Positions 21,230-32,174 of a DNA stretch of 64,000 nt are shown here, one piece after another; positions within the stretch are counted from its first letter, which is position 1, and every line of letters begins with the position of its first letter. The translations under genes and the position numbers were made by a program. The notes beneath the pieces were generated by a model. That model saw nothing but the letters and a program-made list of their open reading frames with translations. It ran no database searches and was not told the DNA's origin. This stretch comes from Waddliaceae bacterium (GTDB lineage Bacteria > Chlamydiota > Chlamydiia > Chlamydiales > Waddliaceae). Where the stretch lies: assembly GCA_963724325.1 (NCBI GenBank), contig CAVRUH010000001.1:160001-224000 (forward strand), given 5' to 3'.

Positions 21230-21811
21230 TCAGTTATTTTCATCTATGATTTTTTCGATGCGGCGGTCGGGAATGAGCCACAATATTGCTACAAAGAAGT
21301 ATAATGCTAGGGCTATCCAGGTATTGAATAAAGTCAATAATACTGCAATAAAATAGATGGCAACTGATATTTTACCTTTAAAATCGCTGCCGATGGCTTT
21401 TACAAGAAGTGAATCCTTCCCGTGCTTAGACAATAGTACATGCACCAAAATATAATAGGCTGTCCCTGCACAAAGAAGAACAACTCCATATAGCGCAACG
21501 GCTAACGGCGAAAGATAATTTTTTCCCATCCAACGGGTGACAAAGGGAATTAACGATAACCAAAAAAGAAGGTGTAAATTCGCCCAAAGAACACGGCCAT
21601 TGACACGTTTAACGGCTTGAAACAGGTGGTGATGATTATTCCAATAAATTCCTAGGTACATGTAACTTAATACATAGCTCAAAAAAATGGGTAGGAGCTG
21701 CCACAAGGCATTTATGTCTACAGTTTCTGGAGCTCTCATCTCCAAAACCATGATGGTGATGATAATTGCAATGACTCCATCACTAAAAGCTTCTAATCTT
21801 CCTTTATGCAT
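21230..21811 (-). CDS. TMEM175/DUF1211 family potassium channel
   Basis: RLEAFSDGVIAIIITIMVL signature, W.NHH. Confidence 0.9.
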   Translation of the reverse strand: MHKGRLEAFSDGVIAIIITIMVLEMRAPETVDINALWQLLPIFLSYVLSYMYLGIYWNNHHHLFQAVKRVNGRVLWANLHLLFWLSLIPFVTRWMGKNYLSPLAVALYGVVLLCAGTAYYILVHVLLSKHGKDSLLVKAIGSDFKGKISVAIYFIAVLLTLFNTWIALALYFFVAILWLIPDRRIEKIIDENN

Positions 21812-21815
21812 AATT

Positions 21816-24800
21816 CTAAAGTACTCCCGGTTTTCTACCTTCAGCGTTAAATCGATAACTTGGTTTTGTGTATGGTCCTTGAATATTAAATGAAAAGGGC
21901 TCAGTCAACTTAAAAAGCAGATTGTATTGTTTCATTCGAATTTGAAGATCGAGATTTCCATCAAAATCTATTGTCGATATATGCTTTTCTGAAAGATAAA
22001 ACTTAGAGAGTTTTCTTTCACTAAACATTTCCTTAAACTTATTTAGTACGATTTTTCCATTTTTGATTTCATAATGAACCGAACCGATAACTGGTGTCAT
22101 CACAGAAAGATCTAGACCTAAGCGGGCCATGATTTCAGCTGGGACGTCAAAAATGGTATTTTGAAAGGGATTTTTCGATTTATTTGTAAACGAAAGATAC
22201 CCTTCACCTCTATAGGAGGTTGGATCGGAAACTATGCCGTGGAAATCATTAAGTACAATTTCCTTTGCAATGAGGGGTTTTTCAAACATTGGCCTTCCAC
22301 CACCTGCCATGCAAAGTTTGCTTGGACGTAATTTTGTAATTATCATTTCGGGGAGGCAAAAATGCCAATTGTCATCTGCAAAAGTCATATCAAATTTATT
22401 CACGTCAATGGTCACTGCTGGATCGGACACTTTTATATCTCGTAAAGAAATCTCAGTCCAGGAGCAATCCAACTTTGAGGTGAGAGTTTCGAACTGATAC
22501 CCATAAAATTTGAAATCTTTTCCTAAAAGAAGGCCATTGAATTGAATGGTGTTCGTGACGAGCCAGTCCCCTTTTAAAAGAAAACCATCCCCAACACCTA
22601 ACTTTTGGAATTTATCGCGTATTTCAAAAGGAAACAAGTTAACAGCACGTGCGCCTTTAACCTGCACATTCCCCTGCAAGACTGTTCCATTAGCATTCAG
22701 ATCTATCTGGAGACCCGAAAAACCTCCTAAAACACGTTTTATCTGGAATCCAAATTCAGGGTCTTTTGTCCATGATATTTTCATCACCTCTTGATGATCG
22801 TCAATTCCGCTTAGAGTCAGATCGCCAAAAGTTAAATCAGGCGACAGATACGTTAGTTCAACATGAAATGGATGATTCTCATAATGGTACATCGAATGCA
22901 TTTTGTGAGAATCGGGATCGATATTGAGTACAAAATCTTGAAGAAGGTACGAATACAAGCCGCCATTTTTATACTGCAATGATTGAAATTTAATTTTATT
23001 CGATTGAGGAATGAACTCACTTGTAAGACTCATTTCATCAAGTTTGAGGTTCATTTCGATTTTAATATCTTGCTGTTCGCTATTGAAGATAAAGTGAAAA
23101 TCTTCTGGATGGACTTCAGCGATTATTGTGAGATCGTTATTGAGGTCTATAAGGGTGCTATTGGTGCCAATTGAGGAAACCCTGCCTGCCAAGCGGGCAG
23201 TTTCCTTTTCTTCATTTAATATGCTTAAATTGAAATTTCCTGAATCCTTTTTGAAGTCTTCAAATTTTATATTTCCATTGGCTTGATATGAAGAAAGAGT
23301 CGCTACGAACTCACTCATCTCCATTGCTACCACATCCGGGACACTTAAATCTAGATCGACTTGACCCGACACACTCACACCATGTGCTAATGCTTTCGTA
23401 TCCGCCAGACGGATTTTGTCGCCATCCCAAAATAGATTTCCACTTACATCATTAAATGTCAGGCCATATCGTTTTTGTAAATATGTCCCTTCAAAGATTG
23501 GCACAAACCCAAAATGGGTTCCCTGAGCAAAATCAAAAAAATGGACAGGATCATGTCCTGCTATTTTTGAAATTTTCGGCAATTCTATTCGAAAATGCGG
23601 GCTATCAATGACAATATTCCGTCCTTCGTACTCAACAGCCATTTGATTCACATCCAAAAAACCTGAAAAATCTGCAAATCCGCTGATTTTTATATCTCCG
23701 TTTGGAAAAAGGAATGGAGACAAATACTTTTCTAACGAAACATGAGAGACCTTAAACCAGCCATTTCTTGTGTAGAATCCAGCGATATTAGAGTCAGAAT
23801 TAATGACCTGTCCTACAAGCAACTCTTTTGCCGAACTAATATTTGGGAGAAGATGTTTTATGGCTTTGAGACGTTCGGCGGGAGATTCTGGAAGCTGTTG
23901 CTTGGAACCTCTTTCGAGGTCAACGCCAAAGGAAATTGTATCTATATTTTCATTAGAGGGGCTTACAAAGGACATGATTCCTTCGACTTTCAGCCCGGAT
24001 GGTTGTTTATTGACTCTGGCAATCAACGACAAATGGTCGTCAATGAATTTTTCCTCGATTCCTTTTTTAAGAATTTCGGGCAAATACGCAACAAGCCCCT
24101 GAGTCCCACCGTTAAAATTAAATTTCATCACCTCCTGAGGAGACATCCAATCGAGTTCTACCGTCCCTTCCATACCCGCAAAAGCACCTTTCATGATCGA
24201 CTTTTGCATCACTCCGTTTTTCACGCTGATTTCTGTATTGATATCGGTGAACTCCCAGAAATTTCCGCCAATGATGATAATATTCGAGTTAATAGTTTCG
24301 AGAAGATCTTCCTTCAGAAGACTCATAGATAGGTCTCCATGAGCCTTTGTGACGCTTAAAACTGTCTCCCAGGGGATAACCTCGAACTTAAGCCGCTGTG
24401 CAGAAATATTATCGATGTTTATTTCATTGATCCGATATTTTTGCATGTAGACAATGCCAGAAGCATCTATGCCTCCCCCTAGCATTTGGATTTTTTTCCA
24501 CTCGGGTGAATAGCGAGCCAATGCAGCTTGAACAAAGGCAAATTCTTCTTTTCCAATATTTTTGAGTTCAATTTCCGCAGAGTTATATAAAGCACCCAAT
24601 TGCCTTGCGACCAATCGAGCAGAAGCTATATTTTCATCGGGAGAAATCAGTTCTACAGCTATGTCAAGAGAAGATTGATAAGCATCTGGGAATCGGATAT
24701 CTCCTTCAATATTAAGTCCAAAAGTGACATCTTGATGAGTGCATGTACCTTCTACATTTACGATAGCAAGGTCTTTACCCTGGAAATAAATGCCTCCCAA

Positions 24801-25754
24801 TATACGTTTTATTTCCCAATAGGGTATACCCTCATTGAGGAGGACAATTGAAGCGTCTTCACTCACTTCAAATTTTCCCACAACTCCCTGATGTCCGTCG
24901 CGCATTTTATCAGTTCGGACGTCGAAACTGGCTTCTTCCACCTTTCCCTCAACCTTAAGCTCGGGATGATGGAAAGCAAGATTTCTTAAAAGTGCCTTTC
25001 CAACAACCTGGGGGCGCTTTTCTCCATCAAAACTGAAACTGATTTTCCCATTGATAGTTCCTTCGGAAACTTCCCATCCATTTAAGGATGCGCCAAAACC
25101 TGCTGCTGCCTCGCAAAATTGAGCGCAGTCAACCTCATGGAAAGTTAATTCTGCCAATATTGGATCTCCATCAGATTGCGCGACTTTCATTTCGAAAATA
25201 TTTCTATCTATATCACCTTCATCAATTTTCATGACAAGCCGACCATCAAGGACACCTTTTGTACATGAGCCATTCAAGCGGAAGACTGCTCGCTGCTCTG
25301 AAGCTTCTTCGTCGGGATGCCAAGCAACCACTCCCTCTTCTACCGTGAGCCTGCTATTTACTTTAAATGCCCAATTTGAAAGATTAATGGGCATGCATTC
25401 TAGTAGAAATGCTTGAAGTTCCGAGGCTTTTTTTTGGATATCAATTCGGGGATTGACGATATTTACATGGAGGTCGATTTCTCTGCTGAAAGGGCTGAAT
25501 CCAAGTTCGATATGTACTTGTTCCGCTTGAAATTTCCGATGTTCGGTATCAATGGTCAAATTGTCAACTACCCATTTTCCATCCCCACGGTCAAATGAAT
25601 CGTATGCCAGCTCGCCGGCCAAATATTCATTACAAAATCCTGTCAGGCAAGAATGCACGTAATAGGAGGCCATTGGCTGCCATAGAAGAGCCGCGATCAA
25701 AACTAACAACAATGGCATGATAATCAGTATCTTTTTCATGCTTATATTGTCCAC
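21816..25754 (-). CDS. Large membrane-anchored beta-rich protein (AsmA/TamB-like)
   Basis: 1312 aa, single N-terminal TM segment, alternating beta pattern, C-terminal F.I.G....P.Y. Confidence 0.6.
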   Translation of the reverse strand: MDNISMKKILIIMPLLLVLIAALLWQPMASYYVHSCLTGFCNEYLAGELAYDSFDRGDGKWVVDNLTIDTEHRKFQAEQVHIELGFSPFSREIDLHVNIVNPRIDIQKKASELQAFLLECMPINLSNWAFKVNSRLTVEEGVVAWHPDEEASEQRAVFRLNGSCTKGVLDGRLVMKIDEGDIDRNIFEMKVAQSDGDPILAELTFHEVDCAQFCEAAAGFGASLNGWEVSEGTINGKISFSFDGEKRPQVVGKALLRNLAFHHPELKVEGKVEEASFDVRTDKMRDGHQGVVGKFEVSEDASIVLLNEGIPYWEIKRILGGIYFQGKDLAIVNVEGTCTHQDVTFGLNIEGDIRFPDAYQSSLDIAVELISPDENIASARLVARQLGALYNSAEIELKNIGKEEFAFVQAALARYSPEWKKIQMLGGGIDASGIVYMQKYRINEINIDNISAQRLKFEVIPWETVLSVTKAHGDLSMSLLKEDLLETINSNIIIIGGNFWEFTDINTEISVKNGVMQKSIMKGAFAGMEGTVELDWMSPQEVMKFNFNGGTQGLVAYLPEILKKGIEEKFIDDHLSLIARVNKQPSGLKVEGIMSFVSPSNENIDTISFGVDLERGSKQQLPESPAERLKAIKHLLPNISSAKELLVGQVINSDSNIAGFYTRNGWFKVSHVSLEKYLSPFLFPNGDIKISGFADFSGFLDVNQMAVEYEGRNIVIDSPHFRIELPKISKIAGHDPVHFFDFAQGTHFGFVPIFEGTYLQKRYGLTFNDVSGNLFWDGDKIRLADTKALAHGVSVSGQVDLDLSVPDVVAMEMSEFVATLSSYQANGNIKFEDFKKDSGNFNLSILNEEKETARLAGRVSSIGTNSTLIDLNNDLTIIAEVHPEDFHFIFNSEQQDIKIEMNLKLDEMSLTSEFIPQSNKIKFQSLQYKNGGLYSYLLQDFVLNIDPDSHKMHSMYHYENHPFHVELTYLSPDLTFGDLTLSGIDDHQEVMKISWTKDPEFGFQIKRVLGGFSGLQIDLNANGTVLQGNVQVKGARAVNLFPFEIRDKFQKLGVGDGFLLKGDWLVTNTIQFNGLLLGKDFKFYGYQFETLTSKLDCSWTEISLRDIKVSDPAVTIDVNKFDMTFADDNWHFCLPEMIITKLRPSKLCMAGGGRPMFEKPLIAKEIVLNDFHGIVSDPTSYRGEGYLSFTNKSKNPFQNTIFDVPAEIMARLGLDLSVMTPVIGSVHYEIKNGKIVLNKFKEMFSERKLSKFYLSEKHISTIDFDGNLDLQIRMKQYNLLFKLTEPFSFNIQGPYTKPSYRFNAEGRKPGVL

Positions 25755-25791
25755 TCAATCACTCTCATTTTGCAAGCAAAATTGCTAATAA

Positions 25792-25885
25792 GAGATTTGG
25801 CTGGGTATATTTTATCATACCCAGCCAAATCTCATTGCAAAAAATAGATTTGGCTGGATATAATAATAGATAACCAGCCAAATCT
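25792..25885 (+). promoter_or_regulatory. Two inverted repeats (operator-like) overlapping a promoter
   Basis: 17-bp arms GAGATTTGGCTGGGTAT (25792-25833) and 12-bp arms AGATTTGGCTGG (25846-25885); TTGCAA-18-TATAAT. Confidence 0.65.
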
Positions 25886-25900
25886 TTTACGGAGCATGCA

Positions 25901-27364
25901 ATGGCATTAAAAAATATCATCGGGAGAACAAAAGAAATAAAGATTTTAGATCAAATTCTTCATTCCAAAGAGGCCGAATTTTTGGCTATCTACGGTAGGC
26001 GTCGGGTGGGAAAGACGCACCTCGTCAGGGAATACTTCTCAGAAAGAGATGCGACATATTTCGAAGTCAGCGGAGAAAAAGATGGATCACTGCACAGCCA
26101 ACTTGAAAATTTCATTAAAATACTATCGGATGTTTTTTTCGATGGTATATCCTTGCAGAGACCCAAAAGTTGGAAGGATGCCTTCGAATTGTTAACACAG
26201 CAAATTGAAAAAACGCCAAAATCAAAGAAAATCATTATTTTCATGGACGAGCTTCCATGGTTAGCCGGAAAAAAGTCAAAATTAATACAGGCCCTTGACT
26301 ACTATTGGAATCGATACTGGAGCCGACAGTCTAATTTAATCTTAGTTGTTTGCGGATCGGCTGCCTCTTGGATGCTGGAAAACCTCATAAACGCAAAAGG
26401 GGGACTGTATAATCGAATAACAAAAGCGATTTTGCTTCGGCCCTATACACTCAAAAACGTCAAGGACTACCTAAGTTTCCGGGGAATTAATCTCTCTGCA
26501 AAACAGGTTCTTGACCTCTACATGGTATTTGGAGGCATTCCTCATTACTTAAAACAAATTGAAAGTGGAAAATCTGCTGCTCAAATTATAAATCGAGTTT
26601 GCTTTCAAAATGACGGTCTGCTTTATGGAGAATTCGATCGTTTGTTTCAGTCTTTGTTTGAACATTCAGAGGACAGTCTAAGCATCATTAGAGCAATAGC
26701 CAGTCAAAGGTATGGTATTTCACGAGATGAACTCATAAAAAAAACTAAATTTAGCTCGGGTGGGACGCTAAATAAACGCCTTAACGAGCTGGAATCATCT
26801 GGATTAATTCAATCTTTTATTCCGTATGGCCACAAGAAAAAAGAACGTTATTATCGTGTAATTGATGAATATTGTCATTTTTACCTTACTTGGATTGAAC
26901 CTATGAAAACAAAAGGAATTGAGGGAGGAAAATCGTATTGGCAGACAAAATCAAAAACACCTGCAGCACTATCTTGGGCAGGATATGTGTTTGAGACGAT
27001 TTGTCTTAAACATGTGGATCAAATACGAGAGGCTTTGGAAATCCAAACGATATCTAGTGATTGCGGCAGCTGGCGTTTTATTTCAACCAAAGGATCAAAG
27101 GAAATGGGAGCTCAAATTGATCTCCTATTTGACCGTGAAGATGGAATAATTACATTATGTGAGATCAAGTATTCCGAAAATATGTTCTCAGTTGATAAGG
27201 ATTATGCCAAAGTATTAAAAAATAAAATCGAGATTTTTTCAGCCCACTTCAAAACCCACAAACAGATATTTATGGCACTCGTTACAACAGTTGGTTTAAA
27301 AAGTTCAATTTGGTCGGAAGATTTAATTCAATCAACTGTAACCCTTGATGATTTATTCAAATAA
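25901..27364 (+). CDS. Archaeal-type ATPase (ATPase_2) with wHTH and C-terminal PD-(D/E)XK-like domain
   Basis: GRRRVGKT, IFMDE, CGS, GGIP.YL, QIDLL...EIK. Confidence 0.85.
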   Translation: MALKNIIGRTKEIKILDQILHSKEAEFLAIYGRRRVGKTHLVREYFSERDATYFEVSGEKDGSLHSQLENFIKILSDVFFDGISLQRPKSWKDAFELLTQQIEKTPKSKKIIIFMDELPWLAGKKSKLIQALDYYWNRYWSRQSNLILVVCGSAASWMLENLINAKGGLYNRITKAILLRPYTLKNVKDYLSFRGINLSAKQVLDLYMVFGGIPHYLKQIESGKSAAQIINRVCFQNDGLLYGEFDRLFQSLFEHSEDSLSIIRAIASQRYGISRDELIKKTKFSSGGTLNKRLNELESSGLIQSFIPYGHKKKERYYRVIDEYCHFYLTWIEPMKTKGIEGGKSYWQTKSKTPAALSWAGYVFETICLKHVDQIREALEIQTISSDCGSWRFISTKGSKEMGAQIDLLFDREDGIITLCEIKYSENMFSVDKDYAKVLKNKIEIFSAHFKTHKQIFMALVTTVGLKSSIWSEDLIQSTVTLDDLFK

Positions 27365-27368
27365 CTAT

Positions 27369-27578
27369 TCACAATCCCTTTACCCAAGAACTGATATCTT
27401 TCATAGCTTCTTGCTTCTCTGATGCAAAGATCGGCAAGTCCAAGAAACCATGAATGACATCTGAATAGCACTTAAATTGAACCTGCACTCCAGCTTTTTG
27501 CAATTCAGAAGCATAAGCTGCTCCCTCATGCTTAAGCGCATCATGTTCAGCGGCGATAATCAAACTGGATGGAAGCAT
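27369..27578 (-). pseudogene. C-terminal fragment of an alpha/beta hydrolase (HSL-type esterase)
   Basis: LP...II.AEHD.L..EG..YA..L...GV.V....Y....HGF; N-terminal part missing. Confidence 0.75.
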
Positions 27579-27766
27579 TTTGATATTCCATTACTTTTTT
27601 TTATAATTAATTTAATGCGAGATTATATAATAATAATACATAAAATGCAATATGTTTTTAATATTTATAATAATTTTAAAAAATCGAGAAATTCATTTAA
27701 CTTGAGGAGGTTTCTGAATCCGAACATTGTACAATGTCGAGTTTAACTTGATTTATTGGTACTGCA

Positions 27767-28642
27767 TTGGCATTATGGGGCAAAAAATCATTGTTGATAG
27801 ATATGGAAATTTGGAAAAGTGTTGAGTGGGTGCTGCCCATCCGCTCGGATAAGTTGACTTTTATAATGGAAGGTTTTACCGCTCTTGCTTATCCACTCTC
27901 TTTATTTATCCTTCTTTCATTAGGATATTGGTTATGGAGAAAGGAAACTTTCCGCCGATTGATAATTTTATTAATTCTGACCTTGGTGATTAATTTTACG
28001 ATAAAAGAATTTGTCAAAGACCCAAGGCCGCCGGAAGCTTATCAATTAGTCAAGGTACAAGGCTATGGATTTCCTAGTGGACATGCACAAATTGCGATGG
28101 TCATGTGGATCGGACTTGCCCTAGAAATAAATCGTCCTTGGGCATGGGCCATATGTTCATTAGTGACTCTAGGCATGTCATTCAGTCGTATTTACTTGGG
28201 AGTTCATGATTTAGACGATGTCTGTTTTGGCTTGTTATTTGGAGCGCTTACATTGGCTCTATTTTATCATTACAGAGAGCGATTTGACCTTTGGAGGCAG
28301 CGGTTGAGCCTGCCGGTGCAACTTAGTCTTTTGTATGCCTCGACCATCTTATGGCTAGGCATTTATCCCGGACAAATGCAAGTAGCAACTGCATACTTAT
28401 GCGGGCTTATACTTGTACAGGGCACGGGGCTCATTCTCGAGGAAAAGTATATCGACTTTACACCGCCGCAATTTCTTTCAAGAAAGATAGTTATTGGGAC
28501 GATTGGTGTTCTAGGACTAATTTTAATAAGACTCGGAAACAGTATTTGGGGACCCTTCTTACTTGCCTGTGGTTTGAGTTTATGGCAAACAATAATTGTA
28601 CCGATCATCATTGACAAGTCAACGAAATCAGTGTTACCTTAG
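27767..28642 (+). CDS. PAP2 family membrane phosphatase
   Basis: K.....PRP, FPSGHA, SRIYLGVH. Confidence 0.9.
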   Translation: MALWGKKSLLIDMEIWKSVEWVLPIRSDKLTFIMEGFTALAYPLSLFILLSLGYWLWRKETFRRLIILLILTLVINFTIKEFVKDPRPPEAYQLVKVQGYGFPSGHAQIAMVMWIGLALEINRPWAWAICSLVTLGMSFSRIYLGVHDLDDVCFGLLFGALTLALFYHYRERFDLWRQRLSLPVQLSLLYASTILWLGIYPGQMQVATAYLCGLILVQGTGLILEEKYIDFTPPQFLSRKIVIGTIGVLGLILIRLGNSIWGPFLLACGLSLWQTIIVPIIIDKSTKSVLP

Positions 28643-28663
28643 AAACAATTAAGGAGCCTAACG

Positions 28664-29149
28664 ATGACCCATTCACGTATTTTCACTATTTTTTTGTTTA
28701 TTTCCATTGCCATTCTAAGCCGGATTATACCGCATCCGGGTAATTTTACTGCGATCAATGCTATAGCATTATTCAGCACAACATATTTGGTGAGTTTGAA
28801 TGCCTCGTTATTTGTTGTATTTGCGAGTATGTTTTTCAGTGATCTCATTCTTGGATTCCATAGTCAGGTGCTTTCTGTCTATTTTTGCTTTGGTGTCACG
28901 GTTCTTTTCGGTTATTTTTTTAGGTCTCGAGTTCTCTCGAACATGCTAGCTTCATCGGTACTATTCTTTATCGTCACGAATTTCACTGAGTGGTTATATG
29001 GGACACTATATCCAAAAACTATCGTCGGACTTGAATTGTGTTATGTTGCAGCTATTCCCTTTTTCGGAAATCAAATACTTGGAGACCTCTTTTACGGGTT
29101 AGTCATTATGAGTGCATTTTCCTTACGAAAACAATTGCAAACGACATAA
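28664..29149 (+). CDS. Small membrane protein (DUF6580 / putative ECF S-component-like)
   Basis: RIIPH..NFT.I.AIALF, SD..LG, FFIVTNF..W, Y...IPF. Confidence 0.65.
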   Translation: MTHSRIFTIFLFISIAILSRIIPHPGNFTAINAIALFSTTYLVSLNASLFVVFASMFFSDLILGFHSQVLSVYFCFGVTVLFGYFFRSRVLSNMLASSVLFFIVTNFTEWLYGTLYPKTIVGLELCYVAAIPFFGNQILGDLFYGLVIMSAFSLRKQLQTT

Positions 29150-29157
29150 GGAAATCA

Positions 29158-30681
29158 ATGCTTCGAAGATTTTTAGATTATCAATTGAATCTTACTGAAA
29201 AAGGGAAACCTCTTCATTGGCTTCGGCCTTTAGTTTCGGCTGGGGATACCTTTTTATACGAGGCTCCCCATAATACAACCAAGGGACCGCACATTCGTGA
29301 TGCTATTGACGTCAAACGATGGATGTTGCTCGTCGTTGTTGCTTTACTGCCTTGCATCTTAATGGCGATTTGGAACACTGGATTGCAGCAGTATGTATAT
29401 TCGAGTGGTGATTATCAATTGATGAATGAATACATAGCCAGCCGCTCTTCAATTTGGGATTACTTTGCTTTTGCAGGAAAAAATGGACGGTATTTGACGA
29501 TTATTGCTGAGGGATTAGCGATTTTTCTCCCATTGACATTTGTTGTGTATGCTGTAGGTGGATTTTGGGAAGCACTGTTCGCCATTGTGCGGAAGCATGA
29601 AATTTCGGAAGGTTTTTTGGTATCAGGAATTCTCGTAGTACTTATACTTCCTCCGACTATTCCTCTTTGGATGACAGCAATTGGTGTTTCAGCAGGAATT
29701 ATTTTTGCCAAGGAGATTTTTGGCGGCTCGGGAATGAATATTGTCAATCCAGCCCTTGCATGCAGAGCCTTTCTTTTTTTTGGATTCCCCGGAAAAATGT
29801 CGGGAAATGTTTGGGTCGGGGCCAATCCAGCAGTAATCCGGGAAAGCCTTCTTAAAATGAATCAAGAGGCGGGTACAACAACTCTTGATGGCTACACTCA
29901 GGCAAGCAAGCTTGCCCAGTACAATATTCCATTTGAAATCAAAAAAATCCATGTTGACGCAATTGCTACAAATAAAATTGGAGAAAATGTTGGGACAATA
30001 GATTCTATTAAACACTATTTTCAAACATGGAATACGACGGGCAATCACGATGCAACATTAGGTCAACTCACACAAGATCAGTTGAAAAATTTCATTACTA
30101 CCCCATTGCCTGAAGGAGGTCTAGGACTATCTCCAGGATTCTATGAAGATGCTTATCAGTTTTCTGAATTAAATTATGGCCTTGGACAAAATAGCGATTG
30201 GGCATTTTTTCTCGGAGATAAAATAGGTTGCTTGGGTGAAACATCGACACTCGCCTGCATATTAGGGGCTCTATTTTTGATTTATACGGGAATAGCTTCA
30301 TGGCGTACGATTTTGGGAATGGCCCTTGGAGCATTTGTCACGGCTCTTGTTTTCGAATGGGGTGCAAAATTGGGCTTGGGCGGCGGGGCTTGGAATCCGG
30401 CGATTTTTGGGATGCCTGCCTACAAACATTTTCTTCTTGGGGGATTGGCATTCGGCATTGTGTTTATGGCCACCGATCCTGTCTCTTCGCCGGCAATAAA
30501 TGTTGCCAAATGGATTTATGGCATTTTTTGCGGGGTGATTACGATTACGATTCGAGTGATTAATCCTGCCTATCCTGAAGGGGTCATGCTCGCTATTTTG
30601 ATGGGAAATGTTTTTGCCCCTCTATTTGACTTTTACGCCTCTCAACTCACACGAAAAAGGAAGGTGCCTCGTGCCGCCTAA
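29158..30681 (+). CDS. nqrB: Na+-translocating NADH:quinone reductase subunit B
   Basis: PHIRDAIDVKR, KEIFGG.G.N.NPAL, GETS, FMATDPVS, YPEGVMLAIL. Confidence 0.95.
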   Translation: MLRRFLDYQLNLTEKGKPLHWLRPLVSAGDTFLYEAPHNTTKGPHIRDAIDVKRWMLLVVVALLPCILMAIWNTGLQQYVYSSGDYQLMNEYIASRSSIWDYFAFAGKNGRYLTIIAEGLAIFLPLTFVVYAVGGFWEALFAIVRKHEISEGFLVSGILVVLILPPTIPLWMTAIGVSAGIIFAKEIFGGSGMNIVNPALACRAFLFFGFPGKMSGNVWVGANPAVIRESLLKMNQEAGTTTLDGYTQASKLAQYNIPFEIKKIHVDAIATNKIGENVGTIDSIKHYFQTWNTTGNHDATLGQLTQDQLKNFITTPLPEGGLGLSPGFYEDAYQFSELNYGLGQNSDWAFFLGDKIGCLGETSTLACILGALFLIYTGIASWRTILGMALGAFVTALVFEWGAKLGLGGGAWNPAIFGMPAYKHFLLGGLAFGIVFMATDPVSSPAINVAKWIYGIFCGVITITIRVINPAYPEGVMLAILMGNVFAPLFDFYASQLTRKRKVPRAA

Positions 30682-31540
30682 GTCAGGACCTAGCAATAAG
30701 CAAGTTTATATATTTATGATCGTACTTAGCCTTGTCTGTGCCATTATTCTTTCAATGCTGGCGAGCGCTTTGGAGGAACCACAAGAATTGGCAAAAGAGC
30801 TGGACCGAAGTGAACAGATGCTAATCGCAGCACGCATTTACACTCACAAGGGCTACTTTCAGATAAAAAACAATAATGGGCAATATGTTCCTGCAAAATA
30901 TGCCGGAAATGGAAAACTTGAGCCTGGGACAGTGAATGACCTTGCTACAAAGAGTCAAATTATTGACATCTATAAAACAAAATTGACTCCTAAATTAGTC
31001 GATGACAAAGGGAATTTAACCTCTTTTAAAGAAGCGGGAATTAACGAAACCGAATATCTTGCAGCCTATAAAAAAGAGGGATACTACAAACAACCTCTCA
31101 AACTCATTTATGAAATCGAACCCAATCAAGGCTACATTATCCCTGTGAATGGATATGGACTTTGGGATGCAATCTATGGATATATTGCCATTGAACCCGA
31201 TGGGGATACCGTCATTGGAATCTCATGGTATGATCAAAAGGAAACTCCAGGTTTAGGAGCAAACATCATTGAAGAATCATGGCAAAGCCTATTTTATGGA
31301 AAAAAGATATTTCAACAGGGACCTGATGGCAGCTCAAACTTCAAAACTTCACCTATTGGAATTACAGTGGTCAAGGGGAAGGTCAATGAAGTGATGGGCA
31401 ATATTCCGAAAGCTAAAAGTGCTGTGGATGGCATGTCGGGAGCAACTCTTACCGGAAATGGAGTCACCGCTGCTTACAAAGACGTTCTTTCGGCGTACAG
31501 ACCTTTTTTCATTAAATTACAAAAGGGAGGGGCTCATTGA
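30671..31540 (+). CDS. nqrC: Na+-NQR subunit C
   Basis: [20 protein letters not shown] (FMN-binding Thr). Confidence 0.95.
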   Translation: MPPKSGPSNKQVYIFMIVLSLVCAIILSMLASALEEPQELAKELDRSEQMLIAARIYTHKGYFQIKNNNGQYVPAKYAGNGKLEPGTVNDLATKSQIIDIYKTKLTPKLVDDKGNLTSFKEAGINETEYLAAYKKEGYYKQPLKLIYEIEPNQGYIIPVNGYGLWDAIYGYIAIEPDGDTVIGISWYDQKETPGLGANIIEESWQSLFYGKKIFQQGPDGSSNFKTSPIGITVVKGKVNEVMGNIPKAKSAVDGMSGATLTGNGVTAAYKDVLSAYRPFFIKLQKGGAH

Positions 31541-32172
31541 GTAACAAACCTTCAAACATGTGGTACCTCAAAGACCAACTTTGGCATAGCAACCAAATTC
31601 TTGTGGCTGTCTTGGGAATTTGCTCAACTCTAGCTATTACAAATCGCGTTTCTGTGGCTATTACGATGGGCCTTTCCGTTACATTTGTGACAGCTTTTTC
31701 GTCGCTTTTTGTTTCACTATTTCGAAAAATAACTCCCGATAGTGTTCGGATGATCGCACAGCTTGCAATCATATCTGTTTTCGTCATCATTATCGACCAG
31801 TTTTTAAAGGCCTACTTTTTTTCGATATCAAAAGTAATGAGTGTTTTTGTCGGACTAATTATTACGAATTGCATCGTAATGGGACGGACAGAAGGAATGG
31901 CAAAAAATGTTCAGCCGATTCCTGCCTTTCTCGATGGTTTTGGTGCAGGAACAGGCTACGCAGCAGTTTTGGTTATTGTCGGGGTAATTAGAGAAGTGTT
32001 TGGATTTGGAGAAATTCTTAATATGAGAGTGATTCCTCAATCTTGGTATGCCACAGCGGAACATCCCTTTGGCTATGAAAATTTTGCAATGATGGTTAGT
32101 CCTCCAGCAGCGTTTTTCATCATTGGCGGTATGATCTGGATTTACAATATTATTAATCAAAAGAAGGCTTGA
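31537..32172 (+). CDS. nqrD: Na+-NQR subunit D
   Basis: [24 protein letters not shown]. Confidence 0.95.
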   Translation: MSNKPSNMWYLKDQLWHSNQILVAVLGICSTLAITNRVSVAITMGLSVTFVTAFSSLFVSLFRKITPDSVRMIAQLAIISVFVIIIDQFLKAYFFSISKVMSVFVGLIITNCIVMGRTEGMAKNVQPIPAFLDGFGAGTGYAAVLVIVGVIREVFGFGEILNMRVIPQSWYATAEHPFGYENFAMMVSPPAAFFIIGGMIWIYNIINQKKA

Positions 32173-32174
32173 CT

